Assembly (NCBI GenBank): GCA_964416985.1
Contig: CAYQFS010000001.1
Coordinates: forward strand, 19,413 to 83,412
DNA length: 64,000 bases
Origin: an uncultured Candidatus Saccharibacteria bacterium
GTDB taxonomy: Bacteria > Patescibacteriota > Minisyncoccia > Phycocordibacterales > PALSA-1337
Direction of reading: 5' to 3'
In this document: positions 38,384-49,050 of the stretch, in pieces
Layout of the letters: every line of letters begins with the position of its first letter
Position numbering within the stretch: the stretch's first letter is position 1
Position numbers and translations under genes: made by a program
Notes under the pieces: model-generated
Database searches by the model: none
Seen by the model: only the letters and a program-made list of their open reading frames with translations
What the model was told of the DNA's origin: nothing

Positions 38384-38465
38384 TGACTGCCAAAGGATCA
38401 CTCTAACCTTTGAATTAGAAGAGTGTAGTTGTCACCGTACAAAAATGGTGAGATGGCTGCAGGCT

Positions 38466-38530
38466 ACCGTGCGAAAGTGCGGTTTTGTTTTGTCCAAAAA
38501 CAAAAAACCACCCTAAGGTGGTCTTTTGTT
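38466..38530. terminator. Back-to-back terminators for the island (+) and the HU gene (-)
   Basis: ACCGTGC-GAAA-GTGCGGT-TTTGTTTT, then AAAAAA-CCACC-CTAA-GGTGG-TCTTTT. Confidence 0.75.
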
Positions 38531-38555
38531 TAATAAGATCTCGATCGAGAGTTTA

Positions 38556-38828
38556 TTATTTTACTGCATCCTTTAAAGCCTTTGCAGCTCTGAATTTTGG
38601 CACCTTCATGGCTGGCACCTGAATAGATGCTCCCGTGCGAGGGTTTCGTGCCTCTCGCGCTGCTCGCTGCTTTACTGAGAAGATACCGAGTCCTGCGATA
38701 GAAACTTCCTCTCCTTTCTTCAAAGAGTTGACGATTCCATTGAGCATTGCCTCAACAGCCTGCTCTGCCTGGACCTTTGTACCTCCCAAAACTGCGTGTA
38801 CTGCGTCTACGATTCCTGCTTTGTTCAT
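38556..38828 (-). CDS. hup: DNA-binding protein HU
   Basis: MNKAGIVDAV, GLGIF, RAAREARNPRTG and PKFRAAKALKDAV. Confidence 0.96.
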   Translation of the reverse strand: MNKAGIVDAVHAVLGGTKVQAEQAVEAMLNGIVNSLKKGEEVSIAGLGIFSVKQRAAREARNPRTGASIQVPAMKVPKFRAAKALKDAVK

Positions 38829-38951
38829 AGTTTTTGTAATTACTAATAATACCTCCTTACTCGTTGCGCGAGAGCGCTTTGAGTACCTAACCTCATAATT
38901 CATTATATAACAAGGGTTTTTTGGCGCAATAGGGGTAAAATAAGGACACGA

Positions 38952-40481
38952 TTATCGAGCAAACTCAATAGCACGGGTTTCTCGGATGATTGTAACCTTG
39001 ATTTCTCCCGGATATTTGAGATCTTTCTCTATTTTTAGGGCTATATCTCGAGCCATATTTCGTGCTTCGAGGTCAGTGACGGCCTCTGGAGTGACAAAAA
39101 TACGTATTTCTCTACCCGCCTGGAGGGCATAGGACTTCTCGACTCCGGGGAAGCCATTTGCGATAGCTTCTAGATCCCCAAGGCGTTTTAGGTAGTTCTC
39201 AATACTATCTCGTCGTGCTCCTGGACGTGCTCCTGAGATGGCGTCTGCAGCCTGGACAATACGTGATTCTACTGTCTCGTAAGGATATTCTTCATGATGA
39301 GCCTGCATTGCTTTAACAATCTCCTCACTTGCTCCAAATTTCTGGAGGATTCGTCGACCGATTTCTACATGTGTACCGACGACTTCATGGTCGAGGGCCT
39401 TACCGAGGTCATGGAGAAGGGCACCAGCCTTTGCTACAGCTACATTTGCCTTTATTTCTTCCGCTATCATGCCGGCAATGTGCGACATCTCAATAGAGTG
39501 CTGGAGGACGTTCTGGCCATAGCTTGTTCTAAAATGGAGGCGTCCAAGGATGAGGAGGATTCGAGGATCGAGACCGATCACTCCACACTCATAGGCTGCT
39601 TGCTCACCCTTTTCCTTAATTGTTTTGTTGATGCTTGCCTGAGCCTCTGAAACGACTTTCTCGATCTTTGCAGGCTGAATACGTCCGTCCTTGATGAGTT
39701 CTTCAAGGGCAACTCGGGCAACATGGCGTCGTACTGGATCAAATGAGGAAATGGTGATGTTTCCAGGAGTGTCATCAACAATCACTTCAACCCCGGTCAT
39801 TCTTTCAAATGCCTTGATATTTCGTCCTTCCTTTCCGATTATCTTTCCCTTAATTTCATCATTTGGAATGGTTACTGATGTCGACATGACGTCGGAGGCC
39901 ACAGAGTTTGCGAGGCGCTGGATTGATGTTGCAAGAATTGATTTTGCTTTTTCTTCAAGTATTTCCTCTCCAGACTGTTCGAGTTTCTGAATGCGTACGA
40001 GAATGTCCTGCTCGGAATTTTTCTCAACTGTTTTCAAAAGAGACTGCTTTGCTTCATCCTTGTTCATGCCAGCAATCTTCTCGAGAGCCTGAGCCTTCTC
40101 GGCTTCGAGAGCATCCGCTTTTTCTTTAATGATTTTTATTTCAGCTACCTTTTGCTTTATGAGTTCAACTTCTTTGTCGATATCCGCCTGACGCTTATCG
40201 AGAAAATCCTCCTTTTTGATAAGGCGAGTTTCGATCTGTTGTATTTTTTCTTCTTTTTCCTTGATCTCCTTCTGGCTTTTCTCGAGGAGCATCTTTCCTT
40301 CAACCTCTGCTGCTTCGGTAATTTTCTTCGCTTCTTCCTTTGCTGCGAGACTCATCTCCTTTATCTCAATTTCCATCGATCCCTTTTTTCCAAGAGAGAT
40401 TATGAGGCGGAGATAGTAACCAATTCCGAGTCCCGCAAAACCTGCAAGGGCGAGAAGCAGTGCGACTAATTTTAATGACAT
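38952..40481 (-). CDS. rny: Ribonuclease Y
   Basis: N-terminal TM, coiled coil, KH domain (KGKIIGKEGRNI), HD domain (LLHDLGK) and QAGREIR. Confidence 0.97.
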   Translation of the reverse strand: MSLKLVALLLALAGFAGLGIGYYLRLIISLGKKGSMEIEIKEMSLAAKEEAKKITEAAEVEGKMLLEKSQKEIKEKEEKIQQIETRLIKKEDFLDKRQADIDKEVELIKQKVAEIKIIKEKADALEAEKAQALEKIAGMNKDEAKQSLLKTVEKNSEQDILVRIQKLEQSGEEILEEKAKSILATSIQRLANSVASDVMSTSVTIPNDEIKGKIIGKEGRNIKAFERMTGVEVIVDDTPGNITISSFDPVRRHVARVALEELIKDGRIQPAKIEKVVSEAQASINKTIKEKGEQAAYECGVIGLDPRILLILGRLHFRTSYGQNVLQHSIEMSHIAGMIAEEIKANVAVAKAGALLHDLGKALDHEVVGTHVEIGRRILQKFGASEEIVKAMQAHHEEYPYETVESRIVQAADAISGARPGARRDSIENYLKRLGDLEAIANGFPGVEKSYALQAGREIRIFVTPEAVTDLEARNMARDIALKIEKDLKYPGEIKVTIIRETRAIEFAR

Positions 40482-40659
40482 ATGCGAATGTAAATTCGCC
40501 TCTTAGACTGTACGTAATCTACTGTGTGTAATGTGTTCGGTTGTTTGAATGGCAATGTTCATCGGGGAAGCGCGGTATAGTTCGTTAAAGTCCTGAAAGC
40601 AAACCTACGGTAATTAATTCCAGTAATGACCACATCGTATAACACGATCGTGATTTTGT

Positions 40660-41232
40660 CTAGGAGAGGACTTTGTCGATGATTCCGTACTTCTTTGCTT
40701 CTTCTGCATCCATGAAGAAATCTCGATCGACATCTTTTTCTATTTTTGAAAGAGGTTGGCCGGTATTCTTTGCAAGCATCTTGTTTAGATTTTCTCTCAT
40801 TTTCAAAATATGCTTTGCACTAATCTCGATATCAGACGCCTGACCTTCTGCACCTCCGAGCGGCTGATGGATCATTACTTCAGAGTTTGGGAGAACGAAA
40901 CGCTTTCCCTTTTTTCCTGCTGAAAGGACGAGAGCTGCTCCCGAAGCGGCGATTCCAACACAGACAGTTGAGACATCATTTTTAATATGATTCATTGTAT
41001 CGACAATGGCGAGCGTTGCGGTCACCGATCCTCCGGGTGAATTTATGTAGAGGCTGATATCTTTTTTTGAATCTTCTGACTGAAGAAAAAGAAGCTGGGC
41101 GATAATAATATTTGCGACATGATCATCGATCGGTCCACCAAGGAAAATAATATTGTCCTTGAGCAGGCGGGAGTAGATGTCGTAGGCTCTTTCACCGAAG
41201 TTGGTTTTTTCTATTACGGTTGGTATTAACAT
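40660..41232 (-). CDS. clpP: ATP-dependent Clp protease proteolytic subunit
   Basis: [19 protein letters not shown] (Ser), MIHQP (His) and DRD (Asp). Confidence 0.98.
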   Translation of the reverse strand: MLIPTVIEKTNFGERAYDIYSRLLKDNIIFLGGPIDDHVANIIIAQLLFLQSEDSKKDISLYINSPGGSVTATLAIVDTMNHIKNDVSTVCVGIAASGAALVLSAGKKGKRFVLPNSEVMIHQPLGGAEGQASDIEISAKHILKMRENLNKMLAKNTGQPLSKIEKDVDRDFFMDAEEAKKYGIIDKVLS

Positions 41233-41313
41233 GATTTTTATTGAATTTAATGAGGTAATGTCGTCATCATACCTGATGTTTTGTATTTGGCAAATGTAGT
41301 GTAAACTTGGGGT

Positions 41314-42006
41314 GTGAAATTACACAGATTCTTTTTGGAAGATGCTATTGGGCCTCAGACCAGAGTGGCTATTCGCCTGCCTGAGTTTTTAAATCAAATC
41401 CGAAATGTTCTACGGTTTAAAGAAGGGCATACTGTGGTTATCTTTGACAATTCTGGATTTGATTACATTGCTACTATTGACTCATATGAAAAAGATGCCG
41501 TAATCCTCTCTATCGTGGAAAAGCGTGAAAACAAGGTTCATCCAAGGCGTGAAACATACCTCCTTGCTTCCTTAGTTAAGAAAGATACTTTTGAATGGAT
41601 CGTCGAAAAGGCCACAGAACTTGGTGTTTCCCATATTATTCCCATCATTTCCTCCAGAACAGAGAAAAAAGATATTAATAGTGAGCGCCTATTAAAGATA
41701 GCAATCGAAGCTGCCGAACAGTCGGGTAGGGGGACAGTACCTGTCCTTCATGAGGTAACAAATTTACCTGATGCCCTTGTTACCTATAGTTATCTACGTT
41801 CAGTCGTGTGGGAACCTTCGTCCGAAAAGTTTTCTGGAAAAGAAATTGAAGAAATAAATGCGATGTATATTGGCCCGGAAGGGGGGTGGACTCCGGAAGA
41901 ACTTCAGGTGTTTAAAGACCACGGCATCATGATGCGATCCCTCGGTCCTCAAATTTTGCGCGCGGAAACTGCAGTAGTCGCCGCTCTCTCCCAGATCGTT
42001 TTTTAA
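41314..42006 (+). CDS. rsmE: 16S rRNA m3U1498 methyltransferase
   Basis: [22 protein letters not shown] and [11 protein letters not shown]. Confidence 0.96.
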   Translation: MKLHRFFLEDAIGPQTRVAIRLPEFLNQIRNVLRFKEGHTVVIFDNSGFDYIATIDSYEKDAVILSIVEKRENKVHPRRETYLLASLVKKDTFEWIVEKATELGVSHIIPIISSRTEKKDINSERLLKIAIEAAEQSGRGTVPVLHEVTNLPDALVTYSYLRSVVWEPSSEKFSGKEIEEINAMYIGPEGGWTPEELQVFKDHGIMMRSLGPQILRAETAVVAALSQIVF

Positions 42007-43092
42007 TTATTTCTGTCCCTCAAGAAACTTGAATACTTTTTCGTTCATGAGAACTGTTTCTGCGTAGACTGCTGCTCGTTCTCGATCTGCATCTTTGTAG
42101 TGTTCGATGATATGCTTTACCTCTGTTTCGATTTCTTTTGGATCGACGGTTATTTTTTCATCGGTCGCGATCTTGTTCAAGATGAGCTGAAGCTTCGCTT
42201 TCTTTTCCGCTGAAGGTTTCCAATCTTTTCGAAGATCTTCAATTGTTTTCTTTGCGTGTTTCAAATAGTCTTCTACAGTAACACCCATCTGAGCGATGTC
42301 GTCACCGAACTGCGCTTCGATTCTTCGGAGCTCTGATTCGACAAGAAGGTCAGGAATTTCTATGGTCGATGTTTCGATAATCTTATCCGAAAGGGCGACT
42401 CTTTTTTTCTCACGATTTCGTTCTTTCTTGTCTTCAAGAAGTGAAGCGGTTATTTTTTCCTTAAAATCAGCAACGTCTTTGAAACCTCCAAGTGATGTTA
42501 CAAATGCGTCATTCAATTCTGGAAGGGAAGCCTCGACAAGTTTCTCGTGATCTTCATGCGACATATTTTCGTGCGTGTGGGTGCTGTGGTCAACTCGTGA
42601 TCGTCGAATTTTCTTGATTGCATCTTCGAGTTCTTTGTCTGAAATTTTTGCCTCCTCTTCTTTCTTTGCCATTTCTTCTTTTGCAATTTTCTTGTAGTCT
42701 CCGAGTTTTACTTCTGGTACAACAGAAGTGATGACTTTAAACTCAAGTGGATTGTCCTTTGCAATCTTTGTTATATGAATTTCTGGTCGGCCGATGACAT
42801 CGATTTTTTCTGTAATGACAATCTCAGGATATGCTTTTGAAAGTGCGAGCTGAGCCATTTCTTCGAGTACATTCATTTCTCCAACTTTTGAAATGAGGAC
42901 GCTCTCAGGAACTTTTCCTTTTCGGAAACCATCAATTGTCACTTCGTCATTGATATTCTGAAGGGCTTTCTTATTACATGACATGAATGTCTCAGCAGAA
43001 ATTGTTCCGGTAATTTCTACCCTTGATCCTTCAATCTTTTTAATTGTGGCTGTTTCGTAGCTTTTCTTAGCTTCTTTTTTAGTTTTTGTCAT
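42007..43092 (-). CDS. tig: Trigger factor (short, apparently lacking the FKBP PPIase domain)
   Basis: Ribosome-binding signature DGFRKGKVP; about 361 aa. Confidence 0.92.
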   Translation of the reverse strand: MTKTKKEAKKSYETATIKKIEGSRVEITGTISAETFMSCNKKALQNINDEVTIDGFRKGKVPESVLISKVGEMNVLEEMAQLALSKAYPEIVITEKIDVIGRPEIHITKIAKDNPLEFKVITSVVPEVKLGDYKKIAKEEMAKKEEEAKISDKELEDAIKKIRRSRVDHSTHTHENMSHEDHEKLVEASLPELNDAFVTSLGGFKDVADFKEKITASLLEDKKERNREKKRVALSDKIIETSTIEIPDLLVESELRRIEAQFGDDIAQMGVTVEDYLKHAKKTIEDLRKDWKPSAEKKAKLQLILNKIATDEKITVDPKEIETEVKHIIEHYKDADRERAAVYAETVLMNEKVFKFLEGQK

Positions 43093-43192
43093 GAAAGGCA
43101 GTTTACATGAAAGGCCCAAAGAGGGCAAGTCAAAGAGATTGAATTCTTGGATACCCCATGCTACCATTTTATGTAGAAGGAGAATTCAGGTT

Positions 43193-43540
43193 ATGATGAT
43201 TCAAACAATTGAGTTTGTTCAATTAGTCGAAAGGGATTATGGGGATGTGATCGCAGGAAGGGTGTTGAAAAAGATATGGCTGAGGGTAAAGTTCAATGCA
43301 ATTTCTAGCATCCATGGCATGTCTATTTTGGAGGAGGTCTTGCGGGCGCCTGACTTTAAGGTTGGTAAGCGCAAGCTGTCGTGGCGGAAAAGGGCGTGGG
43401 AATCCTTTTTGGACAAGTTGTATCCAGACCGACATCTTATTCTTGGTTTACCTTGTCCTTGTTGTGGCCTGAAGAGCTTCAGGCTGGCACAGAAAAAGTA
43501 TCGCTGGAGACGCTGGATACATAGCTTCTTCCATCGATAA
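43193..43540 (+). CDS. Orphan basic protein with a CPCC motif
   Basis: AAGGAG Shine-Dalgarno site upstream; terminator hairpin at about 43565-43599. Confidence 0.5.
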   Translation: MMIQTIEFVQLVERDYGDVIAGRVLKKIWLRVKFNAISSIHGMSILEEVLRAPDFKVGKRKLSWRKRAWESFLDKLYPDRHLILGLPCPCCGLKSFRLAQKKYRWRRWIHSFFHR

Positions 43541-43675
43541 TCCCCATGTTCCTCTTGGAACTAGTTCCACCGGCCTCAGCGGGTTCGGTGGAATTTTTTG
43601 TTATTAAATTAAGGTATATAAAAAAAAGTTCAGCACCTCCGAGTGGGAGGTGCTTGGTGATTCGGAAAGAGAAAG

Positions 43676-43984
43676 TTATTTTTTCTCCAACAATTTCTTA
43701 TCGTGAAATTTCCAATGATAAGCTTTGAATTTCTTGATGAGAGCGGGGTTAAGGTTTGGAACTAGGCCCGTCGCTGTCACGTAGAGTAGCCCGTTTCGTT
43801 GGGTGTATTGTGTGATATGAATAGAGCCAAAAAACATCTTAAGCTCGAGATCGAGAAAACTCGCCAGGGTTTTGGAAGTAAGACTAATTTTGTGTAGCCC
43901 ATTGAATGTGATGATCGGCTTATTTGGTTGGCCATTGAATCCTGAATGACTACCAGACAGACTAGCTTTGAGGTGAATTTGCAT
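43676..43984 (-). CDS. Orphan protein (cassette-like)
   Basis: The TTGACA-16-TAGACT promoter at 44049-44022 places the start at MQIHLK; terminator at about 43621-43654. Confidence 0.5.
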   Translation of the reverse strand: MQIHLKASLSGSHSGFNGQPNKPIITFNGLHKISLTSKTLASFLDLELKMFFGSIHITQYTQRNGLLYVTATGLVPNLNPALIKKFKAYHWKFHDKKLLEKK

Positions 43985-44129
43985 AAGTAGGAGAACTGGG
44001 TTTGTTATTGGTCTGTAATGTAGTCTAGTCATATATGAGATATTGTCAACCAAACAAAAACCACCTCCTTCGAGATGGTCTCCAACAATTTCTCAGATGA
44101 GAAGGCAGTTGGCCTGCCCTTGATTTTCA

Positions 44130-44450
44130 TTACCGCCTCGACGCTTCGACAGCGTGACGTAGCTTGTTGGTCGTAGCCGCTATCTCCGAAACAACCTTTG
44201 CATCATCTACGCTGATCGCACCGTCCAATATTTCTGTGGGAATGTGTTTTAGCAACATTTCCGCCAATGCTACGTAACTTATGCAAGGTTCGAGGCAGAG
44301 GCTTATAGGTAGGCCTCGGGTGATGTTGTCGATACTACAAACTCCTGGCGCAGTCTGTAACCGAGAGAGGAGCCGCTGAACTGCTTCGATCTCTTGTTTT
44401 GGGAGCAATGCACCTTCCAGTGCTTTTCTTAATGTTAGAACTTTAAGCAT
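44130..44450 (-). CDS. Orphan protein (cassette-like)
   Basis: 106-aa ORF with its own TTGACA element (about 44523-44528) and a downstream hairpin at about 44056-44079. Confidence 0.5.
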   Translation of the reverse strand: MLKVLTLRKALEGALLPKQEIEAVQRLLSRLQTAPGVCSIDNITRGLPISLCLEPCISYVALAEMLLKHIPTEILDGAISVDDAKVVSEIAATTNKLRHAVEASRR

Positions 44451-44581
44451 ACTTCAATTTTTCTGGTTGTGAAGGTTTGATCCTTCGGGTTCTGTTACGA
44501 ATTTACTCCTCATGAAAGGTATTGTCAACCAAAGAAAAAACCGGCGTTGACCGGCTTCTTCTTTTTAAATTCTGTAGCTAA

Positions 44582-46564
44582 TTACATCAAAAACGCCACG
44601 ATGAGAAGTGCTACGATGTTCAAGATTTTGATCATCGGGTTAATTGCTGGACCTGCTGTATCCTTGTAAGGATCTCCAACCGTGTCCCCAGTAACTGCTG
44701 CCTTGTGGGCATCTGAACCCTTTCCACCATGATTACCCTGTTCAATGTGCTTCTTTGCATTGTCCCATGCACCACCTCCTGATGTCATTGAGATTGCGAC
44801 GAAGAGGCCAGTGATAATGGCTCCAACGAGGAGGCCTCCGAGAGCGATTGGGCCAAAGAGGAATCCCACGATGATAGGAGCGAGAACAGGAATGAGAGCA
44901 GGTAGGATCATTTGCTTGATAGCAGCTGAGGTAACGATGTCTACACATCGAGCGTAGTCAGGCTTTGCAGTACCAGCCATGATTCCCTTGATTTCTCGGA
45001 ATTGTCGGCGAACTTCATCAACAACTTTTCCAGCAGCACGTCCGACAGCTTCCATACAGAGAGCGGCGAAGTAGTAAGGGAGGAGACCTCCGATGAAGAG
45101 CCCGATGATGACTTTAGGATCGCTGAGGTCGAAGGCGAGGCCAGGGACAATATGAGTGTATTCGGCAAAGAGAACGAGAGCGGCAAGACCGGCAGAACCG
45201 ATAGCGTACCCCTTTGTAACGGCCTTTGTGGTGTTTCCAACAGCATCGAGAGGATCAGTAATATCTCGAATTTCTTGAGGAAGGTGAGCCATTTCAGCAA
45301 TACCTCCTGCATTGTCTGTGATAGGACCAAAGGCGTCGATAGCGACAATGATACCCGCCATTGAGAGCATACTCATTGCGGCAACCGCAATTCCGTAGAG
45401 GCCTCCGAGGTAGTATGTCGCAAGAATTCCAAAGACGATGACGACGAGAGGCCATGCAGTAGATTTCATTGAGATTGCAAGACCCTGGATGATGTTCGTT
45501 CCGTGTCCTGAAACGCTCGCTTCAGCGATAGACTGAACGGGTCGGTACTTTGTAGACGTGTAGTACTCGGTAATAAATACGAGGAGAGCGGTGATAACGA
45601 GACCGACGAGAGCACAGAGGAAAATATCAGCAGATGGGAAGAGACCATTTCCTTCCATGAGAGACTTTGTAATAGGGTAGAAGGCGATAGCTGCGAGAAT
45701 TCCGGCAGCGAGAAGGCCCTTGTACATTGCGCCCATTATATTTTTCTTTTTTCCAAGCTTTACAAACCATGTTCCGATGATTGATGTGATGATAGCGATT
45801 CCTCCGAGAGCAAGAGGGTAGAGAACAGCTCCTTCAAATCCCTTAAAGAGAGTTGCACCGAGCATCATTGCAGCGATAGTTGTAACTGCATACGTTTCAA
45901 AGAGGTCAGCTGCCATACCCGCGCAGTCTCCAACGTTGTCTCCGACATTGTCAGCGATAACTCCTGGGTTTCGAGGATCATCTTCTGGAATTCCTGCCTC
46001 AACTTTACCTACGAGGTCAGTTCCGACGTCAGCAGCCTTTGTAAAGATTCCTCCTCCAAGACGTGCAAATACTGAAATGAGGCTTGCTCCGAAAGCAAGA
46101 CCGATGAGAGAGGTGACACTTCCTGTCATAGAGTAGAATGCAGTCACTCCAAGAAGAGCAAGACCAACAACAAAGAGTCCTGTAACAGCTCCTCCCTGGA
46201 ATGCGAGAGAGAGTGCTGCGCCGAGACCTTTCTTTGCTGCCTCAGTTGTTCGGATGTTGCTTCGAACTGAGACGTTCATACCAATGTACCCCGCAAGAGC
46301 TGAAAGGACTGCTCCAATAACAAATCCAATAGCTACTGTCCATGAAAGGGCAAAGCCAAGGACGAGGAAGAGAACAACAGCGATGATGCCGATAGTTTTG
46401 TACTGTCGGTTGAGGTATGCCCGAGCTCCCTGCTGTATTGCAAGTGCAATTTCCTTCATTTTATCGTTTCCTGTAGGCTTCTTCATGATTGAAGCAATGA
46501 GGAAAGCCCCGTATACAAGCGCTACAATTGAACTTACGAGCGCAAACACTATGTATGAATTCAT
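44582..46564 (-). CDS. hppA: Membrane-bound ion-translocating pyrophosphatase (K+-independent type)
   Basis: [35 protein letters not shown] and [10 protein letters not shown]. Confidence 0.97.
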   Translation of the reverse strand: MNSYIVFALVSSIVALVYGAFLIASIMKKPTGNDKMKEIALAIQQGARAYLNRQYKTIGIIAVVLFLVLGFALSWTVAIGFVIGAVLSALAGYIGMNVSVRSNIRTTEAAKKGLGAALSLAFQGGAVTGLFVVGLALLGVTAFYSMTGSVTSLIGLAFGASLISVFARLGGGIFTKAADVGTDLVGKVEAGIPEDDPRNPGVIADNVGDNVGDCAGMAADLFETYAVTTIAAMMLGATLFKGFEGAVLYPLALGGIAIITSIIGTWFVKLGKKKNIMGAMYKGLLAAGILAAIAFYPITKSLMEGNGLFPSADIFLCALVGLVITALLVFITEYYTSTKYRPVQSIAEASVSGHGTNIIQGLAISMKSTAWPLVVIVFGILATYYLGGLYGIAVAAMSMLSMAGIIVAIDAFGPITDNAGGIAEMAHLPQEIRDITDPLDAVGNTTKAVTKGYAIGSAGLAALVLFAEYTHIVPGLAFDLSDPKVIIGLFIGGLLPYYFAALCMEAVGRAAGKVVDEVRRQFREIKGIMAGTAKPDYARCVDIVTSAAIKQMILPALIPVLAPIIVGFLFGPIALGGLLVGAIITGLFVAISMTSGGGAWDNAKKHIEQGNHGGKGSDAHKAAVTGDTVGDPYKDTAGPAINPMIKILNIVALLIVAFLM

Positions 46565-46682
46565 AAATCGATGGTTTTAACTGATATTAATAATTCTTCT
46601 GTAATGCGAACAATATAATAGAAAAGAGCGGAATAAGCAAGAAAATCAAGCCTATTTCGCCCACTTTCTTTGTAACTAAAAT

Positions 46683-46994
46683 TTAGAAGCTGTAATCCAC
46701 GTCCTCAAGCTGGGCGTCAAGATCGGCAGATATTGAGTTTACATCGTCATTTCCTGCAGTTGTTGATGTTGAAGAGACTGCTGCGCTTGTCTGTTCTGTC
46801 GATGCCTGGTCGTTTGTAGGTGTCTCGGTATTGAGCTTTTTTCCGAAGAAATAAAGACCGGCAATTATAAGGAGTATTACGATGACGAGAACTGCTATGA
46901 TTGGACCAATCCTCCTCTCCTTTTTTTCGACGACATTTACTGGGGGCATTCCGTTCATCATTCCGCTTGAATTTTGTGTAGTATTGTTATCCAT
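46683..46994 (-). CDS. Small single-TM hypothetical protein
   Basis: TM IIAVLVIVILLIIAGLYFF with a T/S/D-rich tail. Confidence 0.7.
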   Translation of the reverse strand: MDNNTTQNSSGMMNGMPPVNVVEKKERRIGPIIAVLVIVILLIIAGLYFFGKKLNTETPTNDQASTEQTSAAVSSTSTTAGNDDVNSISADLDAQLEDVDYSF

Positions 46995-47003
46995 GATTTT
47001 AAA

Positions 47004-47825
47004 TTAATTTACTGTGGCTTTGACTTCCGCTCCAGCCTCGATTTTTACTCCGAGAGCTTTTGCAATTGATTCGACGACCTTTTTCATTGCATCACGAGCT
47101 TCCTTGACGCTTTTTATTGCAGCATCTCCAAGGGCTCGAGGGCGTGTAAGCTCAACTTCTGCTGTTGTGCTTGCTGAAGCTCCTGTTCCAGGAGTTGTGA
47201 TTGAAAGAGCTTCAAAGGCTGCAACTTCTGTCTTTGCCTTTGCAAGAGATGCCTGTGCTGTTACAAGAAGAGCCCGTGAAGCAGCCATGTCCTTTCCTTC
47301 TCCTTCAGCCTTTGTAATTCTTGATTCTATTCGTGCTGATGCCGTTTCGAGGTTTTTTAGGGCAATAGTGAGTTCGTGAACGAGAGCGTTCTTTCGAATC
47401 TCAAAAACTTTCATCTCCATTTTTTTCATCACCTCTTTTCTCTCCCCATTATTTTTCTTGAAGAGCATCATTGATGTTGAGGCATTTGCCCGGAGCATCA
47501 TTGATGTCGAAGCTTTTTCTCGAAGCATCATTTGTTCTGGACGGTCGCCTTTTGGAGCAAGGGGAGGGGTGGTCGATGATTTTCTGTTTATCTCGATGTT
47601 TCGAACCTCTCGATTTTTCTCGAGACGGTTTTCCATGTTGGCTTTGATTCTCTGGCCGATTGGGGGCTTTGGTGGAGCTGGTGGTTGAACAACTATTTCA
47701 TTGTCAGCACTTCCGTTTGCATCAGTAGAGACTTCTTCGGCTTGTGCTACAGCGACAGAGGCAAGGGCAAGACTAAGGATTAGGATTGCTAAAGGAACCT
47801 TCAAACTTTTTGTATATGTAGTCAT
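47004..47825 (-). CDS. Secreted coiled-coil hypothetical protein
   Basis: Signal peptide ending AQA and a repeated ASTSMML segment; start at MTTYTK after TATACT. Confidence 0.7.
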   Translation of the reverse strand: MTTYTKSLKVPLAILILSLALASVAVAQAEEVSTDANGSADNEIVVQPPAPPKPPIGQRIKANMENRLEKNREVRNIEINRKSSTTPPLAPKGDRPEQMMLREKASTSMMLRANASTSMMLFKKNNGERKEVMKKMEMKVFEIRKNALVHELTIALKNLETASARIESRITKAEGEGKDMAASRALLVTAQASLAKAKTEVAAFEALSITTPGTGASASTTAEVELTRPRALGDAAIKSVKEARDAMKKVVESIAKALGVKIEAGAEVKATVN

Positions 47826-47874
47826 AAGGAGAAGTATATACCAAAAGAGACCTCTTTTGAAGTCTCTTGTAGTC

Positions 47875-49029
47875 TTATTCCTCCTCAGATTCGCCTTTTT
47901 TAGCTGAGTTTTCCCCATTTACTTCCACAGATTGGATGTCTATCTTCCATCCAGTCAATTTTGCTGCGAGGCGGACATTTTGACCCCCCTTTCCGATTGC
48001 AAGTGATTGTTGATCGACTGAGACCTTTACAATTGCTCGGTTCTCTTCTTTTTTGAGATCGATACTAATGATTTTTGCTGGTGAAAGAGATTCCTCAATG
48101 AATTTTGCTGGATCCTCATGCCATTCGATGATGTCGATCTTTTCTCCTCCAAGCTCGCTCATGACTGTTGCAACGCGAACTCCTCTCTGTCCGACGAGAG
48201 AACCGATTGGGTCAATGTGTGAGTCTGTCGAATGAACCGCGATCTTTGATCGTGCTCCCGCTTCTCGGGCAATTGCCTTGACCTGAACCACTCCCTGAGC
48301 GATTTCTGGCGCTTCTATTTCAAAAAGTTTTGCGAGGAATTTTGGGTGAGATCGTGAGATTTTCAAGAGAATTCCCTTTGGAGTCTCCTCAACAGCATAG
48401 AGGTATGCTCGAATTCTCTCTCCCTGCTTGTATCTTTCACTCGGAATCTGCTCCTCATAAGGAATCATTCCTACCGCTCGTCCCATATCGATGAAAAGTG
48501 CTCCTCTCTCGATTCTCTGGACTGTTCCAGAGACAATTTCTCCTTCTTTCTGGCCGTATTCATTCAAAACTGATGTCTTTTCTGCTTCACGGATCTTCTG
48601 GATAATGACCTGCTTTGCTGTTTGAGCAGCGATTCGGCCATAGTTGTCCTTGAGTTCGAGAGGGAAGACGATTTCGTCATCTACCTTTGCATCTTTTTTA
48701 ATTTTCTTTGCATCAGCAAGGAGAATGTGATGCTCTGGGTTAAATCGTACTCGGATATTTTCTTCGTCGATTGTTTTCAAATCTTCTTCCTCTTCCTCGT
48801 CTTCCATGATCACTTTACTTTCGTCAACCACGATTTTTACCTGGTAGAATTCTACCTTTCCTGAATTCTGGTCAAAAACAGCCCGCACAATCTGGCCCTT
48901 TTTTCCATACTCCTTCTTGTAGGCGGTCGCCAAAGCAAGCTCGATAGCTTCGAGCATTTTTTCCTTTGGAATTCCTCGTTCATCCTCGAGCTGCTGGAGA
49001 ACTGAATGTATTACTTTGAGATCAAACAT
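47875..49029 (-). CDS. nusA: Transcription termination factor NusA
   Basis: YGRIAAQTAKQVIIQKIREAE, S1 domain, REAGARSKIAV and AIGKGGQNVRLA. Confidence 0.98.
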   Translation of the reverse strand: MFDLKVIHSVLQQLEDERGIPKEKMLEAIELALATAYKKEYGKKGQIVRAVFDQNSGKVEFYQVKIVVDESKVIMEDEEEEEDLKTIDEENIRVRFNPEHHILLADAKKIKKDAKVDDEIVFPLELKDNYGRIAAQTAKQVIIQKIREAEKTSVLNEYGQKEGEIVSGTVQRIERGALFIDMGRAVGMIPYEEQIPSERYKQGERIRAYLYAVEETPKGILLKISRSHPKFLAKLFEIEAPEIAQGVVQVKAIAREAGARSKIAVHSTDSHIDPIGSLVGQRGVRVATVMSELGGEKIDIIEWHEDPAKFIEESLSPAKIISIDLKKEENRAIVKVSVDQQSLAIGKGGQNVRLAAKLTGWKIDIQSVEVNGENSAKKGESEEE

Positions 49030-49050
49030 ATGTAGTTGTGTAAAATTTTA

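Noticed and set aside
35052-38530. Island integrated at tRNA-Gly with att duplication
   Set aside because: No duplicated tRNA 3' end seen near 38.4-38.55 kb and no adjacent integrase.
42007-43092. Short trigger factor as a pseudogene
   Set aside because: The ORF is intact with N- and C-terminal domains; loss of the PPIase domain fits streamlining.
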